DNA of 64,000 bases from Gemmatimonadales bacterium (GCA_965249575.1 OZ252244.1:2688001-2752000); one strand, 5' to 3'; shown: positions 35,053 to 45,858, counted from the stretch's first letter. Translations and numbers: made by a program. The notes: a model not told the origin generated them from the sequence alone.

Positions 35053-35083
35053 GTGGTCGTCGGTTCGAGTCCGACCGGTGGCT
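35053..35083 (+). other. attR core: 3' fragment of a tRNA (probably tRNA-Thr)
   Basis: GTCGG-TTCGAGT-CCGAC T-arm, acceptor strand CGGTGGC and discriminator T; no D-arm or anticodon arm upstream; sits at the phage/host boundary. Confidence 0.8.
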
Positions 35084-35175
35084 TGTTCCCCCCTTACAGC
35101 TCTTCTCTCGAATTGCCGGCCGGCCCATTGGTGGGATCCGGGCGGCGCATTGCCCAAGCCTCTACCGGTGCCAGG

Positions 35176-35525
35176 TCACGCCGAGGGGTCCAATTCCAGC
35201 TCTTCTGCGAACGCTTCGATGATGTGTGTGAAACTTCGCGGGCCGAACGTGGCCACCGCCACGGGTAGGCCCGACATGGAATCCAGTTGGATCACGTCGC
35301 CGACAGAACGTGACTGCCCGTCCTGCGCGACTACCTGACAGGCGATTCTCCACGTCCCCGCCGCCTCGGTCACGGACAGCCGGATTTCGAGTCCCTTGGG
35401 AATGCCCCGTCGGCTCCCGAAAGCCATGCTCTCGGCATCCCGGGAGAGGATCCGCCAGCCGTTGGCTTTGAACCAATCGTCAATCGCGTCCGGCGTGACG
35501 CGGCGATTGTTGTTGCCCGGCGTCA
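35176..35525 (-). CDS. Hypothetical protein (start uncertain)
   Basis: Protein-like C-terminal ~110 aa of ORF 35176-35688. Confidence 0.35.
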
Positions 35526-35989
35526 GTTGTTGCTCCCCACGCGAACGAAGTCCCGTGGCTCGAGGACCACAATCGGATGGCGTGTCGCAAGACGGGGCGG
35601 CATGCGGTCGGCGCCAGGGCGGGCCACCGTTAAGCGATTCCCACCCGCCGCAACGGAGACGGAGCGGGGGCACTGGTGGCGTGCGCACTCACTCGATCGG
35701 CGATTGGTCCACACCGTGAGCGCGGCGCCACCCATGAACCAGAGAAGGGCGGTCAGCAGGAGCTCGTCCATAAATCCAATTGTCACCTCTCTCCTGGAGA
35801 ACGACCGAACCACGCCGGCAGTTTCGTGGGCCGGTCGGTTTCCCGTCAGGCGTGGGCCCGTAGCGGTTCGGTCTCTCCCGTTGAGCGCAGTTTCCGGGCC
35901 ACCTCGTCGAAGGGATTGGGGGTATGGAGTATGGGCTGTTGGATGCTCGGCACACGTCGGCCAGGTGGCCCGCGTGGGGGAGGGCCAGC

Positions 35990-36177
35990 TTGCCGGTGGC
36001 CGGTCAGCCCGTATATACTTGCGAGCGATATGCGCGACCACCTGTGCGCTCAGGCGTGGGCCCGATACCCATACCGACTCAGTATTTGGGGGTCGCTGGT
36101 GAGCGTGCGCGTGTGATTCCAAAGTAGGTAGCCGCCAACCACCTGACGACCCCGCTCTGGCGGGGCGTTTTCGTTTT
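35990..36177 (+). promoter_or_regulatory. Candidate promoter, leader peptide and attenuator for DAHP synthase
   Basis: TTGCCG-N18-TATACT; 28-aa ORF at 36030-36116 with W,Y,Y,W; GC hairpin at 36146-36168 followed by a T-rich tail. Confidence 0.45.
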
Positions 36178-36190
36178 GGGGGGCCGAACA

Positions 36191-37216
36191 GTGGTCATTG
36201 TTCTCAGACACGACGCGACCGATACCGACCTGGCCAACGTAGTCGCTCGAGTCACCGAGTTGGGGCTCAAGCCGCACGTCTCACGAGGTGAAAATCGCGC
36301 GATCGTCGGTTGTATCGGCGATGAGAATCGCTTGCGAGACCTCGCGCTCTTGTCGATGCAGGGGGTGGAGACCGTCCTGACTGTCGACAAGCCATACAAG
36401 CTGGCCAGCCGGGAATTCGCCGCTCAGCCAACGGTGGTGGAGTTGGGCGGGGCGCATGTGGGGAATGGGGACTTCGCTGTCATCGCGGGCCCCTGCTCGG
36501 TCGAGGGGCCCGACATGCTACTCGAGACCGCGGTTGCCGTCAAGGAAGCTGGTGCAGTCGCGCTGAGGGGGGGTGCATTCAAGCCTCGGACCTCACCGTA
36601 CTCGTTCCGTGGCCTCGGCAAAATGGCCCTGGAGTTGCTCGCCGACGTGAGAGAAAAGACCGGGCTCCCTATTGTGACGGAGGTAATGGACACGCGCCAT
36701 GTTGGCTTGGTCGGTGACTTTGCGGACGTGCTTCAGGTAGGGGCTCGAAACATGCAAAACTTCGCGTTGCTGAGCGAGGTTGGGGAGTCTGGGAAGCCGG
36801 TGCTGCTCAAGCGGGGCATGTCGGCTACACTCGAGGATTTTCTGCTCGCGGCCGAGTATATCCTGAGCTGCAACAACTCTCAGGTCTTGCTGTGCGAGCG
36901 GGGGATTCGGACCTTCGAGCGGGCGTCTCGGAACACGCTCGATATCGGTGCGATACCGATCCTCAAGTCAGAAACGCACTTACCGGTGCTGGTCGATCCC
37001 TCGCACGCTGGGGGGCGCCGAGATCTGGTTCGGCCTCTTTCGCTTGCCGCTGTCGCGGCCGGGGCGGACGGTCTGATGGTGGAGGTGCACCCGGATCCTG
37101 ATCGGGCGAGGAGCGACGGGGACCAGAGTATTGATTTCGCGGCGTTCTCGAGCCTGATGGTACAGGTGTCGGCCGTTCGCGACACCTGCCTTTCGGGGTT
37201 TGCTTCGCAGCGCTGA
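36191..37216 (+). CDS. aroF: DAHP synthase, type I-beta, with N-terminal regulatory domain
   Basis: [42 protein letters not shown] and DPSHA motifs. Confidence 0.95.
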   Translation: MVIVLRHDATDTDLANVVARVTELGLKPHVSRGENRAIVGCIGDENRLRDLALLSMQGVETVLTVDKPYKLASREFAAQPTVVELGGAHVGNGDFAVIAGPCSVEGPDMLLETAVAVKEAGAVALRGGAFKPRTSPYSFRGLGKMALELLADVREKTGLPIVTEVMDTRHVGLVGDFADVLQVGARNMQNFALLSEVGESGKPVLLKRGMSATLEDFLLAAEYILSCNNSQVLLCERGIRTFERASRNTLDIGAIPILKSETHLPVLVDPSHAGGRRDLVRPLSLAAVAAGADGLMVEVHPDPDRARSDGDQSIDFAAFSSLMVQVSAVRDTCLSGFASQR

Positions 37217-37707
37217 GGCCGCGTGAGGCGGAAAAGTGACCTGAAACACTTGCGTGTCTCTTCTGCCCTCGTACTATTGGAGCGTTTTGACGCAGGCACG
37301 TAAACGAATCGGGGAGTTGGAATGCTTGAGAGCTTCGGATTTCAATCTCGTACCGCGGATCGCCGCTCCAACCAACGGCGGTCAAGGATGGGACCGCCGG
37401 GCCGGTGATGAGCGCCGAAGCACGGACCGCCGCGCCATCAGAGTGAGGAGGTCGCCCCCGACCGCCGGGCGGGAGCGGACCGCCGCGACCTGACCCGCAG
37501 GCGCCCGTCCCCCACGCGGCGGGGCGGTCCGGAGCGCCGGGCCGTGCCGGACCGCCGCCGCTCGGCATGGAGGGTTTCTAGGAGGGGAGTAGGCAGGCAG
37601 AGTCACTTCTGTTTCCGCCACCCTCGAGCCTCCGCATCCCGGAACACGTCCCCCCCCCGCTCGAGGCGGAGTAACCCCCGCCCAGATCACCCCACACGCT
37701 CCCTTGG

Positions 37708-38604
37708 CTACTCAAGAGTATCTGCTAGTGCCGCTTCCAGCTCCGGAAACCGAAAACGATATCCCGCTGCGACGGCGCGAGCCGGCGTCGCCCGCGGAAC
37801 GTTGAGCAGGGCTTCCGCCGCTTCGCCCAGCCCGAGATGCAGCGCCCACGCTGGAACGCGCAGAAGGGCGGGGCGCCGGAGCGCGCGTCCCAATACGGTG
37901 GTGAACTGTTGCACCGTGACGGGATCGGGCACCGTCACGTTAATTGCCCCGCCAACGCCGCGGTCGATCGCCATGAGAATGATTGCTACCGCATCGACAA
38001 CATGCACCCACGGCCACCACAAGCGGCCGCTGCCCCACGGTCCCCCTAGTCCGAGTTTGAAGATGGGGAGCATTGGCGGCAACACGGCTCCTAGAAGCGG
38101 TGCGCTCCGCAACACGGTGACCTGACAGGCGTCTTCGGCGCCGCGCGCCGCGTCTTCCCACTCAACCGCGAGACGCGCGAGGAAGTCCGAGCCCGGTGGA
38201 GCACTCTCGTCCACCTTGTTGTCCCCACGGCTGCCGTAATATCCGACCGCTGACGCACTGATGAGTGCGCTTGGGCGTCCCCTTGCGTTGTGGATCGCAT
38301 CGACGACGTTCTGTGTCGCATCGACGCGGCTGCTTTTCAGTCGGGCCTTACGTGCTCGTGTCCACCGGTACGGTGGATCAACGATCCGTTCTCCGACCAG
38401 GTTGATGACGACGTCCGCCTTGGCGATCTCATCCTGCCATGGTCCGGGATTGGTTGGGTCCCCTCGAATGAAGCGAGCCCGCGAATGCCGCCAAGGGTCG
38501 CGAGCGCCGCGCGATAGTATGACGCATTCGTCACCGCGCTCGAGCAGCGCGCGTACGAGATGCCCACCGATATAGCCTGTGCCCCCGGTCAAGAAATGGC
38601 GCAT
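37708..38604 (-). CDS. TIGR01777-family NAD-dependent epimerase/oxidoreductase
   Basis: TGGTGYIG, SASAVGYYG, FKLGLGG..GSG..W.PWVH and GYRFRFPELE.AL motifs. Confidence 0.9.
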   Translation of the reverse strand: MRHFLTGGTGYIGGHLVRALLERGDECVILSRGARDPWRHSRARFIRGDPTNPGPWQDEIAKADVVINLVGERIVDPPYRWTRARKARLKSSRVDATQNVVDAIHNARGRPSALISASAVGYYGSRGDNKVDESAPPGSDFLARLAVEWEDAARGAEDACQVTVLRSAPLLGAVLPPMLPIFKLGLGGPWGSGRLWWPWVHVVDAVAIILMAIDRGVGGAINVTVPDPVTVQQFTTVLGRALRRPALLRVPAWALHLGLGEAAEALLNVPRATPARAVAAGYRFRFPELEAALADTLE

Positions 38605-38784
38605 ACCGGTCGCTGCCAAACTGGCATACAGTTCGAAATGACATGTTGCGATTGCTGGACCAGGCGTCTACACTCCCGGTTATATTTCTTCACTAGACCA
38701 GCGAGAAAAGACGAGGAAACTGCCTAGCAGAACCACCACGATTTGCGGCCATGGCTGCGAGTTACTCCGCGAAGGAGGCGGCTC

Positions 38785-39945
38785 ATGAAAGTACGTTACA
38801 TCACCCGCCTGTCCAAGCTCGATCGGCTCACGCCAGACGAGCGGCAACGGCTGGAACCCGTAGCAGATCGTTACGCATTCCGACTAAATGATTACTACGC
38901 GGGGTTGATCAACTGGGACGACCCGGAGGACCCGATTCGTCGTTTGGTCATCCCCCACGAAAACGAGCTCACCGAATGGGGCAAGCTCGACGCGAGCAGC
39001 GAGGCGAGCTATACCCCCGTGCGTGGCTGCCAGCACAAGTACAACGACACGGCGCTTTTGCTGGTGAATGAGGTGTGTGGCGCGTACTGCCGGTACTGCT
39101 TCCGCAAGCGCCTTTTCATGAACGACAACGACGATGCCTCGACCGATATCTCGGCGGGCATCGCCTACATCGCGGAGCACGAGGAGATCACCAACGTGCT
39201 CCTGACGGGTGGTGATCCGCTCATTCTGTCGACTCGCCGTCTGAAGGAGATTTTCGATAGTGTGGGGGCGATCCCGCACGTGCGGGTTATTCGGGTAGGG
39301 ACGAAGATGGTCGCTTTCAATCCGTTCAGGGTGCTGGACGATACGGAGTTGCCTGCCGTGATCCGCGAGCAGTGCGAATCGGGTACGCAGATCTACTTCA
39401 TGAACCATTTCGACCACCCGCGCGAGCTCACCCGTGAGGCGCGTGAGGCCCTGCGCCGCCTTCTAGAGGCGGGTGCGCAGATCGTGAACCAGTGTCCAAT
39501 CATCCGCGGGGTAAACGACCGTCCGCAAATCTTCGCAACGTTGTTCCGCGAGTTGTCGTTCGCCGGTTGTCCACCGTACTACGTGTTCCAGGGTCGGCCG
39601 ACCGCTGGCAATGCGCCATACGAGGTACCGATCGTAGAGGGGTTTGGCATCTTCACGGAAGCCAACCGCCGGGTATCCGGCCTTGCCAAGCGGGCCCGAT
39701 TTGCCATGTCCCACGAGACCGGAAAAATCGAAACTGTCGGGGTCGATGACCGATATATCTACATGCGGTACCACCGCTCCCACGATCCGGCCGATTTCGG
39801 AAAGATGGTTATCGCTCTACGCGATGATGACGCGTACTGGCTCGATCAACTGGTTTTGGTGGCGGGGCCGGACTCGGCAATGGCCTGCGCAGCCGGCCGC
39901 GCCGAACGAGAGCGCTTTAGCCCAAGGGCCCGAACGCTTGTTTAG
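38785..39945 (+). CDS. KamA-family radical SAM protein
   Basis: QHKY, CGAYCRYCFRKR, VLLTGGDPL and HFDHPREL motifs. Confidence 0.92.
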   Translation: MKVRYITRLSKLDRLTPDERQRLEPVADRYAFRLNDYYAGLINWDDPEDPIRRLVIPHENELTEWGKLDASSEASYTPVRGCQHKYNDTALLLVNEVCGAYCRYCFRKRLFMNDNDDASTDISAGIAYIAEHEEITNVLLTGGDPLILSTRRLKEIFDSVGAIPHVRVIRVGTKMVAFNPFRVLDDTELPAVIREQCESGTQIYFMNHFDHPRELTREAREALRRLLEAGAQIVNQCPIIRGVNDRPQIFATLFRELSFAGCPPYYVFQGRPTAGNAPYEVPIVEGFGIFTEANRRVSGLAKRARFAMSHETGKIETVGVDDRYIYMRYHRSHDPADFGKMVIALRDDDAYWLDQLVLVAGPDSAMACAAGRAERERFSPRARTLV

Positions 39946-40164
39946 AGCCGCGGCTGAGCCAAGCCGCAACACCCCATAACCGCGTACCCTGCCCGGTCGA
40001 ACGTTGGGGGGGGCGCCGTGACGGCGAGGCCTCTGAGCCTCGCCGTTCTTGTTAGCTTGCTGCTGGCGCCCGCCGAACCGGGCCATGCGTGCACGGATTG
40101 ACCGTGGCGCAGGGGTGGGCGGCGACTCGGGAGTCGAACTGCCCACAGATGGGGGTGGCGCACG

Positions 40165-40758
40165 ATGCCTGCCGCTGGAATCAAACTCGTCGCGTTTCTC
40201 GGATCGGCGCGGGAGAAGAGCTACACCGGGATGGCGCTGCGCCTGGTGCTCGACGAGCTCGAGCTGCATCGCGATGTAGAGGTAGAGGTGGTAGATGCCG
40301 CGCGTGTGACGCTTCCTGTTCCTGGAACGGCGGCGGCGACGGCCGATGTTCGACGAATGCAGGGGAGCGTACGGAGCGCCGCGGGCGTGATTTTCGCGAC
40401 ACCCGAGTACCACGGAAGCTTCAGTAGTGCTACCAAGCTTTTCATCGAGAATCTGGGGTTTCCCTCCGAGCTCGCGCAGAAACCGGTCGCGTTGCTCGGC
40501 GTTGCGGCGGGCCGCATCGGCGCGATCAAGTCGCTGGAACAGCTCCGGGGTGTTTGCTCCCATGTCGGCGCGATCGTGCTCCCGGGCGCCGTGTCCGTCG
40601 CCAACGTGCGTGAGGTATTTGACGAGAGCGGGCGCTGTTCAGATGCAACGACCGAGAAGCACGTACGTGGTGTTGCGACAAGCCTCCTCAACTACATCAG
40701 CGAACGGGTGTGTCCGGGCTTGTCCATCGAGCAGATGATGCGAGCCAAGTCGGGATAG
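40165..40758 (+). CDS. NADPH-dependent FMN reductase
   Basis: GSAR..SYT, ATPEYHGSFS and KPVALLG motifs. Confidence 0.9.
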   Translation: MPAAGIKLVAFLGSAREKSYTGMALRLVLDELELHRDVEVEVVDAARVTLPVPGTAAATADVRRMQGSVRSAAGVIFATPEYHGSFSSATKLFIENLGFPSELAQKPVALLGVAAGRIGAIKSLEQLRGVCSHVGAIVLPGAVSVANVREVFDESGRCSDATTEKHVRGVATSLLNYISERVCPGLSIEQMMRAKSG

Positions 40759-40774
40759 CCAACTCGTCCGCTCG

Positions 40775-42073
40775 TTATAGGTCCTTACCTAGTGTGAGCG
40801 ACACGGCGACCACCGCGAGGGTAACGCCCGCCGAGAGCCCGAATACCCACGTGCCCACCACTTCGTACAGCAGACCCCCCACGAGCAGGCCGACAATGCT
40901 CGCAACCGCACCACTGCTGCCGGCGAATCCCTGGACGGCGCCCTGGGTGTCGGGGTTCGTGGCCTTCGAGATGATGGCTAGGAGGGATGGCCACATAACG
41001 CCGTTACCGGCGGCGAGAAACCCGGTACCGAGGTAGATCATGAGGGTGTTGGGCGAAACGAAAAACATGAAGCTCACGGCGAGAAGAAAGCTTCCTGAGA
41101 CGAGGAGCGTGCGGTCGGACCACCGGTTCGAGAGGTAGCTCAGGAGCGGGCCCTGGACGGTAGCCATCAGGAGGCCCATGACGGAAAAGAAGGCGCCGGT
41201 CTCGACGATCGACCAGCGGAGGCCGGTGACGGCGTGGATGGGAAACGTGATGTAGAAGAAATTGAAGGCCAGAAAGACGAGGAAGTGTACGGAGAGGAGG
41301 AGACCCACGGATGGCAGCCGCAGTATGTCGCCCGCCGACAGCTGTCGGGGATTCGTGACCTCGAAGCAGTCCCGCTGCTCCTGCCCCAGCATCTTCCGAA
41401 CGTTCGTTTGCTCGGGGCTCGCGGCGAGGACGCACGGACGTGACTCGGGCAGTAACAGTGCAATGATCATGGTCGCTGCAAAGGAGATCGTGAGCGCGGC
41501 GAGAACGGGCAGCGTTTCGCCAAATTGGGTGGCACCCAGCACGCCCGCGAGCGCCGGGCCCACGATGAATCCGAGATTCGACGACACGGCCATCTTGCCG
41601 AAGTTGGCGCTCCGATCCTTTGCATCTGTGATGTCAGCGAGGTAGGCGTTGGCCACGGACACGTTTCCACCGGTAAGACCATCCAGGGCTCGCGCAAGGA
41701 ACAGCACTACTAACGGCACGGTGAGGGTGAAGGCGCCAAAAACACTGGAATCGACGGAGAGAAGCGGGGTGGCGGGCAGAAGGAGGGCGCCGAGGAACAC
41801 GGCCCACGAGAGCATCGTGCCGGCTTGGCTGACCAGCAGTACCTTCTTGCGGCCCCGTCGGTCCGACCATCGTCCGAGGATCGGGGCCCCCACGAGCTGA
41901 CAGGCGGAATAGGTCGCCCCCAATATTCCGTAGATGAGCGCGTTGCCGCCGAGCCTGGTGACGAGAAACACCAGAAACGGAAGAACGATGCTGAAACCCA
42001 GGGTGCCGATGAAATTGACGGACAGGAGGGGGTAGAGCATTGCCCGATCGGTGGCCTGCGGTCGGGAAGACAT
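40775..42073 (-). CDS. MFS transporter (TetA/DHA1-like)
   Basis: LGRWSDRRGRKKVLL, RALDGLTGGN.SVA.AYLADIT and GFIVGPALAG motifs. Confidence 0.92.
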   Translation of the reverse strand: MSSRPQATDRAMLYPLLSVNFIGTLGFSIVLPFLVFLVTRLGGNALIYGILGATYSACQLVGAPILGRWSDRRGRKKVLLVSQAGTMLSWAVFLGALLLPATPLLSVDSSVFGAFTLTVPLVVLFLARALDGLTGGNVSVANAYLADITDAKDRSANFGKMAVSSNLGFIVGPALAGVLGATQFGETLPVLAALTISFAATMIIALLLPESRPCVLAASPEQTNVRKMLGQEQRDCFEVTNPRQLSAGDILRLPSVGLLLSVHFLVFLAFNFFYITFPIHAVTGLRWSIVETGAFFSVMGLLMATVQGPLLSYLSNRWSDRTLLVSGSFLLAVSFMFFVSPNTLMIYLGTGFLAAGNGVMWPSLLAIISKATNPDTQGAVQGFAGSSGAVASIVGLLVGGLLYEVVGTWVFGLSAGVTLAVVAVSLTLGKDL

Positions 42074-42180
42074 GGGGCGAAGATACCAAGGGTCCGGATG
42101 AACTGCCACGTCGGTCGAGTTCTCGCGACGCACGACATTGGTCTGGACATGGCGAACGGCCGGCGGGAGAATTCAAGACC

Positions 42181-42699
42181 ATGCTTTGGCTCAAACTTCT
42201 CCAGAAGCTCGCGCGGACGCTGAACTCCGACGGAACGCCTGGGCAGGTCGCCGCAGGCCTCATGCTCGGTGCCGCACTGGGGCTCACGCCCCTCATGAAC
42301 CTTCACAACCTTGTGATCTTCGCCCTGGGCATCATTCTCAACGTGTCCTTTCCCGGGGTCATGCTTGGCTGGGTCGCATTCATTCCCCTCGGGTTCGCGC
42401 TCGATCCGGTGTTCGATTGGGTTGGAGGCGTCCTCCTGTTGCGTACCGAAGCGCTCGTGCCGCTGTGGACCGCCTGGTATGACACTCCGGTTGCCGCGCT
42501 GACCAATTTCAATAACACGGTCGTGCTCGGGAGTGTGGTTGCGTGGGTGGCGCTGGCTGTGCCGTTGTTCTTTCTCTTCCGATGGGGGGTATCCGAGTAC
42601 CGAGACCGCGTCTATGCCCGACTGGTCAAGACGCGGATGTTCCAGGCGGTACGGGCGACGAAGATTTACAACCTGTACCGGCTGTTACGGCCCGAGTGA
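42181..42699 (+). CDS. TIGR03546-family membrane protein
   Basis: LNSDGTPGQVAAG...GLTP and FNNTVVLGS motifs. Confidence 0.85.
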   Translation: MLWLKLLQKLARTLNSDGTPGQVAAGLMLGAALGLTPLMNLHNLVIFALGIILNVSFPGVMLGWVAFIPLGFALDPVFDWVGGVLLLRTEALVPLWTAWYDTPVAALTNFNNTVVLGSVVAWVALAVPLFFLFRWGVSEYRDRVYARLVKTRMFQAVRATKIYNLYRLLRPE

Positions 42700-42703
42700 T
42701 TCG

Positions 42704-44527
42704 ATGAAGATCTTCCGTTGGCGGGCTATTGGGACGCTGGGGCTGTTCTCGCTGCTTTTCATGGTGGGCTGGGCGCTCCTCGCCGATTCCCTGGTGCGCC
42801 GTGGTGTTGAGACCATTGGAGGGGACATTACCGGTGCGAAGGTTGATGTCTCGGCGGCCGACCTGCGCGCTGGCGAGGGCTCCGTCATTCTTCGCGGCCT
42901 GGAGGTCGCGAATCCAGAGAAGCCCATGCAGAACCTGGTCGAAGCGGCCGAGGTCGTGGCGGCCATCGCGCCGCTGCCGCTCCTGGAACGGAAGCTGGTG
43001 ATCGACTCCCTTGCCCTCAGAGGGGTGCGGTTTGGCACGACGCGTCGTACGTCTGGGGCGCTCGAGCATCGCAGCCCACAGAGCGGGAGAGTCGCGCGCG
43101 AGGTCACCGCCTGGGCCGCCGGCATCCAGATCCCCCCGTTCAGTCTGGCCGGTTTGGGGCGGGCCATTGATGTGGGGACGATCAGTCCGGACAGCCTGCG
43201 AACGCTACGCGAAGCGCGCCGCATAACGAGCGTGGCAGATTCGGTGCGCGGCGCTTGGGGGAGCGCAGTTCGCGCGCTCGACCCCCGTTCACAAATCGAC
43301 TCAGCCCGAGTACTGGTGCAACGGCTGGGCGGCGGCGACCGGGGAGTCCTCGGCCTGGCCGGTGCGGCCCGCGCCGCCGCCTCTGCCCGCACCGCGATCG
43401 GCGGCCTCTCGAGCACACTCGACCGAATCCGTGGCCTCGGGCAGACCGCAGACTCGGGCACTGCGGCACTCCGCTCGGCGGTCGCCGCCTTGGGCGATGC
43501 CCGACGAGCCGACTACGGGTACGCCAGGAGGCTGGTCGCGCTCCCTTCGCTCAACGCGCCGAGTATCTCTCCCGCTATGTTCGGGGAGATCGCGATCGAA
43601 CGCCTGAAGCCAGTCCTGTACTGGCTCGCCATCGCAGATCGCTACATGCCGCCCGGTCTCAACCCGCGCCTCCGCCCGGGGCCGGATCGGGCACGCAGCT
43701 CGGGCACAACCGTTCATTTTCCCAGGAAGACATCGTATCCCTCATTTCTGATCCGATTCGCGGAGGCCGATCTCACCATCGGCGGATCGGACGTCGCCGC
43801 CGGCCGGTACGTGGCTCGCGTCGCCGGGTTGACCACGGCGCCCGCGATCTATGGGCGCCCCACCCAGTTTCTCGCCGGTCGCGCCGGCGGTTCCGGTCCC
43901 AGCACGATACGTATCGCGGGGGAGCTGCAGCATGCCGTCCGGCCCGTCCGAGACTCAGCCGAGGCGTTCCTCGCTGGCGTCGGACTACCCACTATCTCGC
44001 TGCCCGGCATGGGCGCCCGTCTTGACATGGGCCGGGGGAGCACCGAGCTGGTGGTTCGCCGGGTCGGGGACAGCTTGGTCGCGCGCTGGCGCGTTCGGTC
44101 GGACGACGTCACCTGGGAGAGAACGGGGCAGGGGAGAACGTCGCCGACCGGTGGTGCTGGCAGCGTCGTGCAGTCCGGAGTGGAGGACCTGTTGTGGCGA
44201 ACGCTGTCCGGACTCCGCGCCGTCGAAGTCGAGGCGGAGATTGGCGGTTCGATCTCGAATCCGAAACTCGCGGTGCGATCCAATGTCGGCCAGGCCCTGG
44301 CGGAGAGTTTGCGAAGACAGGTCGGGGCGGAGGTCGCACAGGCGGAGCGGCAGCTCCGAGCGCACGTCGATGGGCTGGTCGAGGAGCGAACCCGAGACGC
44401 GCGGGATCAGCTACAGGTGCTCGAAACGGAAGTGCGGGACCGGATCGCTGGGTACCGGGCACAGCTTGAGGCGGCGAGGGCCGAACTGGAGGCGAGACTG
44501 CGACAGCTGGTTGGGGCTCGAGACTAG
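42704..44527 (+). CDS. TIGR03545-family protein
   Basis: IFRW N-terminal TM, GAKVDV, ANPEKPMQNL and GVRFGT.R.TSGAL motifs; paired with TIGR03546. Confidence 0.85.
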   Translation: MKIFRWRAIGTLGLFSLLFMVGWALLADSLVRRGVETIGGDITGAKVDVSAADLRAGEGSVILRGLEVANPEKPMQNLVEAAEVVAAIAPLPLLERKLVIDSLALRGVRFGTTRRTSGALEHRSPQSGRVAREVTAWAAGIQIPPFSLAGLGRAIDVGTISPDSLRTLREARRITSVADSVRGAWGSAVRALDPRSQIDSARVLVQRLGGGDRGVLGLAGAARAAASARTAIGGLSSTLDRIRGLGQTADSGTAALRSAVAALGDARRADYGYARRLVALPSLNAPSISPAMFGEIAIERLKPVLYWLAIADRYMPPGLNPRLRPGPDRARSSGTTVHFPRKTSYPSFLIRFAEADLTIGGSDVAAGRYVARVAGLTTAPAIYGRPTQFLAGRAGGSGPSTIRIAGELQHAVRPVRDSAEAFLAGVGLPTISLPGMGARLDMGRGSTELVVRRVGDSLVARWRVRSDDVTWERTGQGRTSPTGGAGSVVQSGVEDLLWRTLSGLRAVEVEAEIGGSISNPKLAVRSNVGQALAESLRRQVGAEVAQAERQLRAHVDGLVEERTRDARDQLQVLETEVRDRIAGYRAQLEAARAELEARLRQLVGARD

Positions 44528-44568
44528 GCGCTCGTAGAGGTATCGGTCCCCTCGCCGCTCGCTATCGC

Positions 44569-45858
44569 CTACTTCCTATCTCCCATCTCCACGTAGGCTC
44601 GTTCGCCACGGCCGGTGTAGATCTGCCGGGGACGTGCGATTCGGTGGTCAGGATCACTCAACATCTCCTGCCACTGCGCCAGCCAGCCCGGTGTACGCCC
44701 GATGGCAAAGAGCACTGGGAACATGGCAACGGGAAAACGCATCGCTTCGTAGATGATGCCGGAATAGAAATCGACGTTCGGGTACAGCTTGTGGGAGATG
44801 AAGTAGTCGTCCTGAAGCGCAATCCGCTCCAGCTCGACGGCAATGTCGATGAGCGGGTTCTTCCCGGTGACCTCGAAGACCTCGTCGGCGATGCGCTTGA
44901 TGATGGTGGCGCGGGGGTCGTAGTTCTTGTAGACGCGGTGGCCGAACCCCATCAGGCGGACTTCCTTGTCCTTTACACGCTTGATGTAGGCGGGGATGTG
45001 CTTCTTGTCTCCGATCTCCCGCAGCATGCGGAGCACTTGTTCGTTGGCCCCGCCGTGGAGCGGGCCGTACAGCGCGGCCGCGGCCGCGGCCATGGCGCTG
45101 AACGGGTCTACGTCGCTCGAGCCGACGCTTCGCATGGCGCTCGCCGAACAGTTCTGTTCGTGGTCTGCGTGCAGGATGAAGAGGACGTCGAGTGCGTGCT
45201 CGAGGACCGGATTGGGTTCGTACTTCACCTCGCTCGCCCGCGCCATCATGTTGAGGAAGTTGCCGGTGTACGACAGGTCGTTGTCAGGGTATACGTACGG
45301 CATCCCCACACTGTGCCGGTAGGCGAATGCGGCGATCGTGGGCGTCTTTGCGATGAGTCGATGAACCTGGTGCCGCCGGCAGTCCTCGTCGTTGATGCGG
45401 TTCGCTTCAGGGTAAAAGGTCGAGAGGGCTGCGATGGCGCTTACGAACACCCCCATAGGGTGTGCGTCGTAACGAAACCCCTCGATGAATTTCTTTACGT
45501 TCTCGTGAAGGAACGTGTGATGGGTAATGCGGTGATCCCAGTCGGCGAGCTCGGACTCCGTGGGCAGCTCTCCGTACAGGAGGAGATAGGCGGTTTCGAG
45601 AAATGACCCCCCTTCGGCGAGCTGCTCGATGGGGTAACCCCGGTAACGGAGAATGCCCTTCTCTCCATCGATGTATGTGATGGCGCTGCGGCATGCCGCG
45701 GTGTTGACGAAACCGGGATCGTACGTCATTAGGCCGAAGTCGTCCTCGCTGGCCTTGATCTGCCGCAAATCGATAGCCCGGATCGTACCGTCGTCAATCG
45801 GCAACTCGTGCACCGTGCCGGTCCGATTGTCGGTGACGGTCAGCGTGTCCTTTGCCAC
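44569..45858 (-). CDS. gltA: Citrate synthase
   Basis: ILHADHEQNCS, GPLHGGANE, LMGFGHRVYKNYDPRA and YPNVDFYSG motifs. Confidence 0.97.
   Translation of the reverse strand: MAKDTLTVTDNRTGTVHELPIDDGTIRAIDLRQIKASEDDFGLMTYDPGFVNTAACRSAITYIDGEKGILRYRGYPIEQLAEGGSFLETAYLLLYGELPTESELADWDHRITHHTFLHENVKKFIEGFRYDAHPMGVFVSAIAALSTFYPEANRINDEDCRRHQVHRLIAKTPTIAAFAYRHSVGMPYVYPDNDLSYTGNFLNMMARASEVKYEPNPVLEHALDVLFILHADHEQNCSASAMRSVGSSDVDPFSAMAAAAAALYGPLHGGANEQVLRMLREIGDKKHIPAYIKRVKDKEVRLMGFGHRVYKNYDPRATIIKRIADEVFEVTGKNPLIDIAVELERIALQDDYFISHKLYPNVDFYSGIIYEAMRFPVAMFPVLFAIGRTPGWLAQWQEMLSDPDHRIARPRQIYTGRGERAYVEMGDRK

Larger units (their letters stand above)
1..35083. mobile_element. Prophage, siphovirus-like (no sheath gene); left end and integrase lie outside the window
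   Basis: Repressor/ImmA module, contiguous terS-terL-portal-protease-capsid-tail-lysis operon on the minus strand, and a tRNA 3' fragment at 35053-35083 beyond which host genes resume. Confidence 0.95.

Noticed and set aside
35010..35090. Complete tRNA gene
   Set aside because: Only the T-arm and 3' acceptor strand are present; no matching GCCACCG 5' strand, D-arm or anticodon arm upstream.
37254..37700. Short ORFs and GC-rich hairpins between aroF and the epimerase gene
   Set aside because: No recognisable family, clear RBS or RNA motif; could not support a call.
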